Positions 34,979 to 44,063 of a stretch of DNA of 64,000 nucleotides are shown piece by piece. The stretch is from Candidatus Methylomirabilota bacterium (GTDB taxonomy: Bacteria > Methylomirabilota > Methylomirabilia > Rokubacteriales > CSP1-6), in NCBI GenBank assembly GCA_046726415.1, contig JBKPAK010000020.1:1995-65994 (forward strand), given 5' to 3'. Every line of letters begins with the position of its first letter. Positions within the stretch are counted from its first letter, which is position 1. Both the position numbers and the translations under genes were made by a program. The notes beneath the pieces were generated by a model. The model ran no database searches and was not told the DNA's origin. It saw only the letters and a program-made list of their open reading frames with translations.

Positions 34979-35074
34979 CCGGCGCCGACCGCCGAGGGAA
35001 TTGACCATGACGGCGACCGGCTCCGAGCGCCGAGCCCTTCGAGGGCAACGCGGCCCCAAGGCCTGGATTCCCCG

Positions 35075-36106
35075 TCAAGCCAGCCGAGGGCCTCCCAGGC
35101 GGGCGAGGCGCGCTCGCCACCGGGGCAGAGCTTCGCGATTGCGGACATAGAGAGGCTCTTCGCCCCGAAGCGCCCGGGCGACGTTCTCCACCGCCGCGCC
35201 TGGCAGTCCCGCGTAGAGCTCCTCGGAATGCGCCACATTGTGGGCGGTCGCGATCACGCGGGGATGGGTGCGCAGCGGGTGCCCCGGAGGGCACGGCTCC
35301 TCTCGCCAGACGTCCAGAGCCGCGCCCCCGAGATGGCCGTCCAGGGCTGCGATCAGTGCATCTTCGTCCACCACCCCGCCGCGGCTGGTGTTGATGAGAT
35401 AGGCCCCGGGCTTCATGAGCGCGAACTCTTTGTCGCCGAGGAGGTGTCTGGTCTCGCGCGTCAGCACCACCTGGATCGATACCACGTCGGCCGTGCGCAG
35501 CAACGTCTCCAGATCCACCAGCTCCACGCCCAGCTCCGCCGCGACGTCCTTTGACACGTACGGGTCGGTGGCCGTGATCCGGCATTCCCAGCCGGCGAGG
35601 CGGCGGACGACCGCCTGGCCCACGTTCCCCAATCCGATCATCCCAATGGTGCGGTGCCGGACCATGTGGCCTGTCTGGGCCACCCGGTAGCCTCCCTCGC
35701 GCATGGCGGCCCACTTCTGCGGAAGCCGTTTGACGAGGGCGGCCGCCAGCATCACGACCGCCTCCGCCACGCCGAGATAGTTCTCGGGAGTGGCTCCGAA
35801 GGCGATGACGATGCCGAGCTCCGTGGCTGCGTCCACGTCGATGTTCTCGGTGCCGATGATCGTGCTGCACCCGACCGTGAGCCGCGGGGTCGCTTGCAGC
35901 AGCTCCCTCGGGTACCGCTCGCGGATACCGGCGATGAACCCGTCGGCATCGCTGAAGTACTCCTCGATTTCGGTTCGGCTGAAGATATGCACCGCTCCGG
36001 GAAGCGACACGGGGCCGAGGACCGGCGCACAGCCGGCGGCCGTGAGTCCTCCCACGACGTCTTCGACCCTTGCCAGTTGACGAGACACCACGACCTTGGG
36101 CGCCAT
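35075..36106 (-). CDS. D-isomer-specific 2-hydroxyacid dehydrogenase family protein
   Basis: 'IGMIGLGNVGQAVVRRL' (GxGxxG), 'INTSRGGVVDEDAL', 'ALDVWREEP', 'TAHNVAHS'. ATG 36106 is preceded by GGAGG. Confidence 0.85.
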   Translation of the reverse strand: MAPKVVVSRQLARVEDVVGGLTAAGCAPVLGPVSLPGAVHIFSRTEIEEYFSDADGFIAGIRERYPRELLQATPRLTVGCSTIIGTENIDVDAATELGIVIAFGATPENYLGVAEAVVMLAAALVKRLPQKWAAMREGGYRVAQTGHMVRHRTIGMIGLGNVGQAVVRRLAGWECRITATDPYVSKDVAAELGVELVDLETLLRTADVVSIQVVLTRETRHLLGDKEFALMKPGAYLINTSRGGVVDEDALIAALDGHLGGAALDVWREEPCPPGHPLRTHPRVIATAHNVAHSEELYAGLPGAAVENVARALRGEEPLYVRNREALPRWRARLARLGGPRLA

Positions 36107-36209
36107 CTCGTTCCTCCGCTTGAAAGCAGGCGCCAGTAAGTATACTTTCCGCAAGCCAGCTGCCTGTCTCCCCGGAAAGGCGCCGCGCACTAGCACCAAG
36201 GAGGGCGTT

Positions 36210-37265
36210 ATGCGGGACGGCATCTTCATCGTCGACGGCGACGGCCATGTCATGGACCGGCCGCACCGGTGCTATCAGAAGTACCTCCCCGAGCAGTACC
36301 GACATCGGTCGGCGTTCTTTCCCGGCCCCTACTGGGACCGCCGGCAGGCTCCCAATGGCGAGCTGGGCCGCGACCCCGACACGCCAAGCGAAATGATGGC
36401 CGACATGGATCAGGAGGGCATCGATCTCGCGATCCTGTACCCGACGACGGCGCTCGGGATCGGGCAAATCCGCGAAGTGGACTATCAGACTGCGCTCTGC
36501 CGCAGCTACAACAACTTCATCGCGGATTGGTGCCGCGCCGACCCCCAGCGTCTGAAGGCTGTTGCTCTCGTGCCCTATCTCGACCCTCCCGAGGCCGCCC
36601 GCGAGCTGGACCGGGCGGTATCCCATCTCGGCCTGGTCGGCGTCATGGTTCCGACGTTCATTCCGGGCCGGAACGCCGCCGATCCTTTTTTGTGGCCCAT
36701 CTACGAAGAGGCCGAGCGGCTCGGCGTGCCGGTGGCCATGCACGCCACGGGCAGCGAGACCGGGGATCTCTACCGTTTCAGCAACTTCCTGGCTGTGCAC
36801 ACGTGGACCCACGCCCCTGAGCAGATGATCTCCGTGATTAGCTGCGTCTACGGCGGGATCTTCGAAAAGTTCCAGCGGCTCCGGGTGGGCTTCATGGAGT
36901 CCGGCGCGGGCTGGGTGCCGTTCTTCATGGAGCACCTGGACGGCGAGTTCGAAAAGCGCCCTTGGGATGCGCCCCTGTGCAAGGCGAAGCCCAGCGAGTA
37001 CATGACGTGCGGCCGCGCGTATTTCGCCTGCGAGCCCGAGGAGAAGACGATCCCCTACGTCGTCCAGTGGGTCGGTGAGGACAACATCCTGTATGCGTCC
37101 GACTATCCGCACTGGGACAGCGAGTGGCCTCACACGGTTGACGAGCTGCTCAAACGGGGCGATCTCGGCCGGGGCCTGAAGGCGAAGATCCTCGGCCAGA
37201 ACGCGCTGGCATTCTACGGTTTGAAGGCGGCGGTGGCGGCGCGGTTGCCCACCGCACGAATCTGA
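36210..37265 (+). CDS. Amidohydrolase family protein (amidohydrolase_2 / ACMSD-like)
   Basis: 'IVDGDGHVMD', 'GVPVAMHATG', 'LYASDYPHWD'. ATG 36210 is preceded by AAGGAGGG. Confidence 0.85.
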   Translation: MRDGIFIVDGDGHVMDRPHRCYQKYLPEQYRHRSAFFPGPYWDRRQAPNGELGRDPDTPSEMMADMDQEGIDLAILYPTTALGIGQIREVDYQTALCRSYNNFIADWCRADPQRLKAVALVPYLDPPEAARELDRAVSHLGLVGVMVPTFIPGRNAADPFLWPIYEEAERLGVPVAMHATGSETGDLYRFSNFLAVHTWTHAPEQMISVISCVYGGIFEKFQRLRVGFMESGAGWVPFFMEHLDGEFEKRPWDAPLCKAKPSEYMTCGRAYFACEPEEKTIPYVVQWVGEDNILYASDYPHWDSEWPHTVDELLKRGDLGRGLKAKILGQNALAFYGLKAAVAARLPTARI

Positions 37266-37291
37266 ATCCACTCAGCCGAGACGGCGGGCCC

Positions 37292-39094
37292 ATGAACCCG
37301 CGAACCGAGGACGAACCCATGGCGACGCACCTCGAGACGCTCGACACCGCAACGGGACAACGCCGGGAGTACGGCATGCAGGCCCACCAGGCCGCCGAGG
37401 CCCTGATGGCCTCCATGCAGCTGAATGGCATCGAACGGCTGTGGTTCGTCTCCGGCACCGAGCTCGCCTTCTTTCAGGAGAGCGCCATCAAGCACCGGGC
37501 CCTCGGAAAGCCCACTCCGCAGCTCATGACGATGACTCACGAGAACGCCGCGTTGGCCGCCGCTTGCGGAGAGACCGTGATGACCCGCCGGCCCTCGGCC
37601 ACCGCCTTTCACGTCGAGTGCGGCCTGATCAACGCGGGTGGTGCGTTGCACAACGCCGATCGCGGCCGCTATCCGGTGCTGATAATGTCGGGTTACCCGC
37701 CCTCGTCCGAGGCGCGCAAGGTGCCGGGCGGGCGAAACAGCTACATCCAGTGGTATCAGCAGATTCGCGATCAGGGCGAGTTGCTTCGCCAGTACGTGCG
37801 CTGGGATCACAAGTTGGCGACCTACGACAACGCCGGGCTGGTGATCAGCCGCGCCGTGCAGGTGATGACCAGCGAGCCGCGAGGACCGGCCTACCTGGCG
37901 GTGCCCCGCGAGTCCGCCATGGCGCCCATCGAGGCGGCTCGGTTTCCCCTGGCCGAGCACCTGCGTCCGGCCGGTACGCCGGCGGCCGACCCCGCCGAGC
38001 TGCGCCAGGCCGCTCAGTGGCTGCTCGCGGCGGAGAACCCGCTCATCTGCGTCTCGCGCAACGGCGACAACGCCACCGCCGTCGCGGCGCTCCAGGAGCT
38101 CGCCGAAACGCTCGGCGCCCGTGTGATGGCCGATTCCTTTCGGATGAATCTCCCGGATCGCCATCCACTGCAGCGCGGGGCGCCTGGCATCGCCCCGACG
38201 CCGCCGGACACCGATTGTCTGCTCGCCGTCGAGACGGTGGTGCCCTGGCAGCCGTGGGCGTTCGATCCCGACGGGGTGAAGCGCGTTATCCGCCTCGCCA
38301 TCGACCCGATCGAGCGCATGACGCCGATCTATGAGTTCCCCTCTGACCTGTCGATCACCGCCGATCCCGCCAAGGCGATTCCCGCGCTCCTGGAGGAGCT
38401 GCGCTCGCAGATGACGCCGGAGCACCAGCGCCGCTGTCGGGCTCGGCTGGACCGCTATCAGACGGAGGGCCGGCAGCGGTTCGAGGCCGTGCTCAACACC
38501 GCGAACGCGGACCAGGCCCGGGGGGTGATCTCTCCATTGTGGCTCAGCTATCAGATCGGCCAGACGCTCGACCCCGAGACCATCATCGCGCACGAGCTGG
38601 TCGAATCGTCGATGTTCAACCGCTCACGCCCGGGAACCCTGGTGGGCACCGGTGGCTCGAGCATCGGGTGGGCCGCACCCGCGGCCGTCGGCGTCAAGGT
38701 CGCCGCGGGGGATCGCCCGGTGGTGGCCTGCATCGGGGACGGGTCGTGGATGTTCGGCAATCCGCAGGTGACGGTCTGGGCCTCGGCGTTTCACCGGGCG
38801 CCCGTGCTGTTCATCGTGTGGAACAACCGCGGTTATCGCACCGGAACGGCCGAGGTGCTGCGAACCTACCCAGAAGGCTACGCGGCGAAGGCCCGCGATC
38901 TCACGGGAGGCTGGTTCGACCCCTGCCCGAACTACTCGGGCGAGGCGGCGGCGAGCGGGGCTCACGGCGAGAAGGTCACCGATCCCAACGAGGTCGGCCC
39001 GGCCATTCGACGTGCCCTCACGGCCATCGAGCGCGACGGGGCTCCCGCCGTTCTCGACATGTGGATGCCCAAACTCGTGACCGGTGACGTGTAG
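37292..39094 (+). CDS. Thiamine-diphosphate-dependent enzyme (acetolactate-synthase-like fold)
   Basis: ~600 aa with a three-domain layout. The ThDP motif is 'IGDGSWMFGNPQ...WNNRGY' (GDG...NN). The start is 37292 or ATG 37319. Confidence 0.85.
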   Translation: MNPRTEDEPMATHLETLDTATGQRREYGMQAHQAAEALMASMQLNGIERLWFVSGTELAFFQESAIKHRALGKPTPQLMTMTHENAALAAACGETVMTRRPSATAFHVECGLINAGGALHNADRGRYPVLIMSGYPPSSEARKVPGGRNSYIQWYQQIRDQGELLRQYVRWDHKLATYDNAGLVISRAVQVMTSEPRGPAYLAVPRESAMAPIEAARFPLAEHLRPAGTPAADPAELRQAAQWLLAAENPLICVSRNGDNATAVAALQELAETLGARVMADSFRMNLPDRHPLQRGAPGIAPTPPDTDCLLAVETVVPWQPWAFDPDGVKRVIRLAIDPIERMTPIYEFPSDLSITADPAKAIPALLEELRSQMTPEHQRRCRARLDRYQTEGRQRFEAVLNTANADQARGVISPLWLSYQIGQTLDPETIIAHELVESSMFNRSRPGTLVGTGGSSIGWAAPAAVGVKVAAGDRPVVACIGDGSWMFGNPQVTVWASAFHRAPVLFIVWNNRGYRTGTAEVLRTYPEGYAAKARDLTGGWFDPCPNYSGEAAASGAHGEKVTDPNEVGPAIRRALTAIERDGAPAVLDMWMPKLVTGDV

Positions 39095-39277
39095 ACATGC
39101 CCCATCAGCCGCATCCTCAAGATCTGCCAGGACCACAACGTCCCGTGCGGCCATCCGCACCCCGACGCCCGCAACATCGAGCGCTTGATCGCGAGCGGCT
39201 ACCGCTTCCTCATGCCCAGCGCGCCGCGCTCGTTCGCCGTGCTCGAGCAGGGCCGCAAGCTCGCGGGCCGCAGTTGA
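39095..39277 (+). pseudogene. C-terminal fragment resembling an HpcH/HpaI aldolase / citrate-lyase-beta family protein
   Basis: The frame continuing directly after the TAG of the ThDP gene reads 'TCPISRILKICQDHNVPCGHPHPDARNIERLIASGYRFLMPSAPRSFAVLEQGRKLAGRS*'. Its pattern is like the last ~55 aa of HpaI-type aldolases. There is no start codon and no N-terminal part. Confidence 0.4.
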
Positions 39278-39290
39278 GATGGGGCGCGAC

Positions 39291-40448
39291 ATGACACTGC
39301 GATTCGGGGTCTTCGATCACATCGAGCCGGTGCCGGGGCTGCGACTCGATCAGATCTATCGCGAGCGGTTGCAGCAGATCGAACGTTTGGACGCGGCGGG
39401 GTTCTATGCCTATCACCTGGCCGAGCACCACACCCCGGCCATCCACAGCCTGGCCCCGTCGCAGAACGTCTTCCTGGGCAGCGTGGCCCAGCGCACCCGG
39501 CGCCTGCGATTCGGTCCGTGCGTGTATGTGCTGCCCCTGCATCATCCGCTCCGCCTGATCGAAGAGATCAGCATGCTCGACAATCTGAGCGACGGGCGCC
39601 TGGAGATCGGAGTCGGCCGCGGCGGTGTCATGGAAGCCTATTTCTGGGGTCAGGAGGCCGACTCCGAGACGAACTATGCGCGGTATCTGGAGACCCTGGC
39701 CATCGTGCGGGAAGGGCTCAGTCACGACCAGCTCACCTATGCCGGCCGCTTCCATAGCTTCGACCACCTCCCCATGTACTTGCGCCCGCTGCAGAGGCCA
39801 TATCCGCCACTCTGGTACATGCGCAACCCGGTCACCGCGGCCATGGAGGGCATGCACACCATTCTCGTCGGCTCGCTCGAGACCCTGGTGGCGGCGGTTC
39901 CGCGCTACCGGAGGGCCTGGGACGAGCATCAGGGGGCCGGTGCGTTGACCGTCCAGGGCGACGAACCGATGATCGGGCTCGTGGTCCACCTCGTCGTGGC
40001 GGAGAGGGATGAAGAAGCGATCGAGATCGCCAGACCGGCGTGGGAGAAGTACCGCTGGAACCTCGCCGCTCCGCGCCGTCTGGAAGCGGAGAAGCGCGGC
40101 CTGACCCAGTTCATGCAGAGCAAGGACGGCTCCTTCGGCTTCGTCGGAGAGCGCCCGTCCGGATTGCCGACCCGGGAAACGCGGCGGGACATCGACGCCG
40201 AGCTCGAGCGCTTCGACCAGCAGAAGCACCGCGACCATCCCAACCGCTTGGGGGGCGTAGCCCTAGCCGGCTCCCCGCGGGCCGTGCAAGAGTACATGGA
40301 CGAGTAACTGGCCACCGGGGCCAATTACTTCGTCTGCTCCTTCCAATGGGGCGATCTCACCCACGATCAGGCCATGCGATCGATCGAACTCTTCGCCACC
40401 GAGGTGATGCCCCGTTACCTGACGGCTGCTCCCGTGGCACATGGGTAG
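39291..40448 (+). pseudogene. LLM-class flavin-dependent oxidoreductase interrupted by an in-frame TAA (40305-40307)
   Basis: 'MTLRFGVFDH..YHLAEHH..LEIGVGRGG' runs to '..AVQEYMDE*'. The same frame then continues 'LATGANYFVCSFQWGDLTHDQAMRSIELFATEVMPRYL' to the TAG at 40446-40448, which is the conserved LLM C-terminus. Confidence 0.7.
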
Positions 40449-40579
40449 CGGCGAGCGGAGGGCGATTGCCTGGAGGAGGAATGGGCGATGAGCGACCCGA
40501 AACTCTGCGTCCGGTAGACCGCCGGGAGGTGAACGGTCGGCCGCACGGGACGTCGCCGGGACGCTCATCGGGTCGCCGT

Positions 40580-40608
40580 TTGTCCGATGCAGCGCATTGC
40601 ACTATGAT
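40580..40608 (+). promoter_or_regulatory. Candidate sigma70-type promoter for the CoA-transferase gene
   Basis: TTGTCC (40580-40585), a 17-nt spacer, then TATGAT (40603-40608), ~43 nt upstream of ATG 40651. AT-rich hexamers are rare in this GC-rich DNA. There is no experimental support. Confidence 0.3.
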
Positions 40609-40650
40609 CCCCCCGGCTGTCTCACTCCCTCTCATCGGAGACTAACGACG

Positions 40651-41838
40651 ATGGCGGACAACGGATCACTGCCCCTGGGACGCTTCTCGGTGCTCGATCT
40701 CACGCGGGCGCGGGCGGGCCCCACGTGTGTGCGGCAGCTCGTGGACTGGGGCGCCAGGGCGATCAAAATCGAGATGCCGGGCGGTCGCTCGGGCGATGGG
40801 ATGGGCGGCAACCGCCGCGGGTTCGACTTCCAGAACCTGCACCGCAACAAGCGGGCCATGACCTTGAACCTCCGAGAGCCCGATGGGGTGGCCATCTTCA
40901 GGCGGTTGGCGCGGGATGCTGACATCGTCGTGGAGAACTACCGGCCGGACGTCAAGCGGCGTCTGGGCATCGATTACGAGACCCTCCGCCAGATTAATCC
41001 GCGCCTGATCTACGGCAGCATCTCCGGATTCGGCCAGAGCGGGCCCTATCGCGATCGGCCAGGGGTCGATCAGATCGCCCAGGGGATGGGCGGTCTGATG
41101 TCCATCACCGGCATTCCGGGGCAGGGACCGGTGCGGGTGGGCATTCCCATCGCCGACCTGTGCTCGGGGATCTTCCTCGCCCAAGGGATTCTCGTGGCGC
41201 TCATCGAACGGGAGCGCACGGGCGAAGGAAAATGGGTGCATACCTCGCTGCTCGAAGCGATGCTGTCCATGCTCGATTTTCAGGCGTCGCGCTGGTTGAT
41301 GTCCGGAGAGATTCCTCCCCAGGCGGGGAACAACCACCCGACGGGGATCCCCACCGGCGTGTTCGAGACGAAGGACGGTCACATCAACATCGCCGCCGCC
41401 GGCGATGAGATTTACGAGCGGTTCTGCCAGGCCATCGAGAGGCCGGATCTGCGGACCAACCCTCAGTTTGCCACCTCGCGGGCGCGCTCCACCAATCGCG
41501 ATCTGCTGATGGATGTCCTGATACCCGTCACCCGGCAGAAGTCCAGCGCCGAATGGGTGAAGATCCTGAACGACGCGGGCGTGCCCTGTGGGCCGATCTA
41601 TCGGATCGACGAGTCCTTTGCCGATCCCCAGGTGCGATATCTGGAAATGGCGCAACCGGTGCACTCGCCGGCCCTTGGGGATCTCACCATCTTGGGACAT
41701 CCCGTCTCCCACGGCGACAAGCGCCTGCCCATCCGGGCCTCGGCGCCCGAACTGGGGCAGGACAACGAGGAGATCCTCACCTCCCTCGGCTACACCAAGG
41801 CGCAGATCGCGGATCTGACGGAGCGCGGGATCATCTGA
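40651..41838 (+). CDS. CoA transferase, family III (CaiB/BaiF)
   Basis: 'FSVLDLTRARAGPTCVRQLVDWGA', 'NKRAMTLNL', 'DIVVENYRPDV', 'GIPIADLCSG'. The start is trimmed to ATG 40651. Confidence 0.9.
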   Translation: MADNGSLPLGRFSVLDLTRARAGPTCVRQLVDWGARAIKIEMPGGRSGDGMGGNRRGFDFQNLHRNKRAMTLNLREPDGVAIFRRLARDADIVVENYRPDVKRRLGIDYETLRQINPRLIYGSISGFGQSGPYRDRPGVDQIAQGMGGLMSITGIPGQGPVRVGIPIADLCSGIFLAQGILVALIERERTGEGKWVHTSLLEAMLSMLDFQASRWLMSGEIPPQAGNNHPTGIPTGVFETKDGHINIAAAGDEIYERFCQAIERPDLRTNPQFATSRARSTNRDLLMDVLIPVTRQKSSAEWVKILNDAGVPCGPIYRIDESFADPQVRYLEMAQPVHSPALGDLTILGHPVSHGDKRLPIRASAPELGQDNEEILTSLGYTKAQIADLTERGII

Positions 41839-42996
41839 TGAAGATCACTGCCCTCGAGACGTACTTCCTCTCGGCGCCCTTGCCGCAGCCCGTCCGCACG
41901 TCGACCCATACGATCAGCCGGGTCAGCGAGGTCATCGTCAAGCTCGCGACGGATGCTGGCCCCGTGGGGATCGGCGAGGCGCACGGGCCCTTCCTGTTCC
42001 AGGGCGCCGAGGGTCTGCGCACCGTGAACGACATTCTGAAGGCGATCACGCCGCTCGTCGTCGGAGGAGATCCCTTCGACGTCGAGCGGATCTGGCAGGA
42101 TGTATTCGCGCTGACGTACCGCACGGTGCGGGGGATCCCCGCGCTGGCCCGGCAGCAGCGTCCGCTGGTGACCGCCCTGAGCGCTATTGACATCGCGCTG
42201 TGGGACCTCATGGGGAAGGCGATCGGGCGACCAGTCTACGCCCTGCTGGGCGGGGCACTCCGCCGGCGCGTGCCCGCGTATGTGACGGGCTTTTACTACC
42301 GGGACGGCGAACGGCCGGACGACCTCGTGCGTGAGGCGGCGCCATGTACATGGAGCAGGGCTATCGCACGGTGAAGGTCAAAGTCGGCGGATTGACGCCG
42401 GAGGCGGATGCCGAGCGCGTGGGCCTGATCCGGAGGGCCGTGGGCAAGGGCGTGGCGATCATGCTCGATGCGAACCAGGGCTGGGATTACCCGACCGCGG
42501 TGCGCGCCGCCCAGTTGTGCGCCCCTCACGACATCTTCTGGCTGGAAGATCCCATGCCGTGGTACGACGAGCCGCCACACGCTGCAGAAGCTGAAGGCGG
42601 CGGTCAGCATCCCAATCGCGGCCGGCGAGACGGAGGCGAGCCCCTTCGGTCTGCGCACGATGGTCGCCGAGGGGTTGGTCGATTACCTGATCATCGACTC
42701 GACGTGGGCCGGGGGGGCTGACGACCTGGCGGAAGGCTGCGGTGGTCGCCGAGCTGTATCAGGTGCCTCTGGCCGCACATCACGATCCGCAGATCCACGT
42801 CCATGCAGTGGCGGCGAGTCCGACCGGATTCATCCTGGAGTCGTTCGCCGACCCCACCCGCGATCCGCTGTGGTTCGAGCTGTTTCGCGAGCGGCCGCCC
42901 ATCATCGATGGCTCCATGGCGCTTCCCGAGGCGCCCGGACTCGGGCTCGAGTTGCGCGACGAGACGCTGGAGAAATACGGTGTGAAGCTCGGCTGA
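41838..42996 (+). pseudogene. Enolase-superfamily (mandelate racemase / muconate lactonizing enzyme) gene disrupted by three frameshifts
   Basis: Homologous segments lie in three frames. 'MKITALETYF...DDLVREAA' shifts near 42340 to 'MYMEQGYRTVKVKVGG...MLDANQGW...FWLEDPMPWYDE'. That shifts near 42575 to 'HTLQKLKAAVSIPIAAGETE...IIDSTWAGG'. A shift in the G7 run at 42711-42717 then leads to 'LTTWRKAAVVAELYQVPLAAHH...GVKLG*'. ATG overlaps the CoA-transferase stop (TGATG). Confidence 0.75.
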
Positions 42997-43058
42997 CGGT
43001 CAGGGCCGGTGAAGCGAACGGTGAGCCGGGTGGCCGCCGGTGTGATCGAGGCCGCGGC

Positions 43059-44063
43059 TCACCGCTGGCGCACCGAGCAGGTCGGGGCCAGAGCGCGGTC
43101 GAGACACTGCCGAAGCCGGGCCCCCGTGACCGCGGCGTACGGCTCCTGGAGCATGATATCGGCTCGGCAGCTAGGTGACGCGGGGTGCACTTCGAGACCC
43201 GACCCGGCGAACGCCTCCCACTCCAGAGACCGGTCGTCGGCCAGGCTTACCTCGTCGGTGCTCGGCAGGAAGAGCGTGATCCGACCGGGGTAGACCCGCG
43301 GCAGGTACCGCCTGGCGGCCGCGGCGGTCGCCTGTTCCACGCGCAGCCGGTACACGCGCTCGGCACTCCCGCGCTCGATGCTTCGCCGCGCGACGAGATC
43401 TCCCACCTTGGTCCGCACGTATCCGGCGCGCTCGCCGCGCCCCAAGGTCATCAGGATCCGCCCGTGCCTCCTCAGCCGCTCCAACGCCAGTCGGACTTCT
43501 ACGCGGCTCCGATGGCGCCATCCCAGTGCCGTCGGAGAGGGCGTGGCGAATAGGGCGAGCAAGGCAACCTCGTGCGCCTGAGCTCGGAGCTGCTGAGCCA
43601 TCTCGAAAGCCACCACCCCGCCCAGGCAATAGCCGCCGAGCGCGTAGGGCCCTTCCGGCTGGAGGCCTCGCATCTCTGCCACAAAGTAGGCGGCAAGATC
43701 CTCGATCCGCTCGAGCGGAAGGCGCGTCCCGTCGAGCCCCGGTGGCCGCAAGGCGTAGAACGGCTGGTCGGTTCCCAGGTGACTGGCCAGGCGGACGTAG
43801 CAGAAGACGTCTCCATTGTGCCCGGGCACGGCGACCAGGCGGGGGCGGGAGCCGGCAGCCTGCATGGGAACCACCGCCGAGCTCTTCGACCATTCCTCAG
43901 CCGCCTGGAGAAACGCCACGATTTCGGGCTTGCGCAGGCCGAGCTCCTCGCGAAGCGCGAGGGTGAGGCCCCCCTGGGGTGCGTTACAGCGCAGGCGATC
44001 CCCTTCCACCCAGACCCGGATATCCCGGCTGCGCAGTTGGGAGAGGAACTCGGCCGTTGTCAC
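43059..44063 (-). CDS. Stand-alone thioesterase with N-terminal TubC-like NRPS docking domain; Cys in the nucleophile elbow
   Basis: aa 1-55 'VTTAEFLSQLRSRDIRVWVEGDRLRCNAPQGGLTLALREELGLRKPEIVAFLQ' is TubC_N-like. The alpha/beta-hydrolase core carries 'YALGGYCLGGVVAFEMAQQL'. The Cys146 codon TGC is at 43626-43628. GTG 44063 overlaps the NRPS stop (GTGA). Confidence 0.85.
   Translation of the reverse strand: MTTAEFLSQLRSRDIRVWVEGDRLRCNAPQGGLTLALREELGLRKPEIVAFLQAAEEWSKSSAVVPMQAAGSRPRLVAVPGHNGDVFCYVRLASHLGTDQPFYALRPPGLDGTRLPLERIEDLAAYFVAEMRGLQPEGPYALGGYCLGGVVAFEMAQQLRAQAHEVALLALFATPSPTALGWRHRSRVEVRLALERLRRHGRILMTLGRGERAGYVRTKVGDLVARRSIERGSAERVYRLRVEQATAAAARRYLPRVYPGRITLFLPSTDEVSLADDRSLEWEAFAGSGLEVHPASPSCRADIMLQEPYAAVTGARLRQCLDRALAPTCSVRQR

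Noticed and set aside
34779-37271. 830-aa minus-strand ORF spanning three annotated genes
   Set aside because: The composition is Arg/Gly/Pro/Ala-dominated with no motifs. It lies antisense or out of frame to genes with clear family motifs (2-hydroxyacid dehydrogenase, amidohydrolase). This is a typical stop-poor shadow ORF of GC-rich DNA.
39097-39294. 65-aa track ORF downstream of the ThDP enzyme gene
   Set aside because: The translation is Pro/Arg-rich and featureless. A different frame over the same DNA gives an aldolase-like C-terminal peptide, so I treat the locus as a gene remnant instead.
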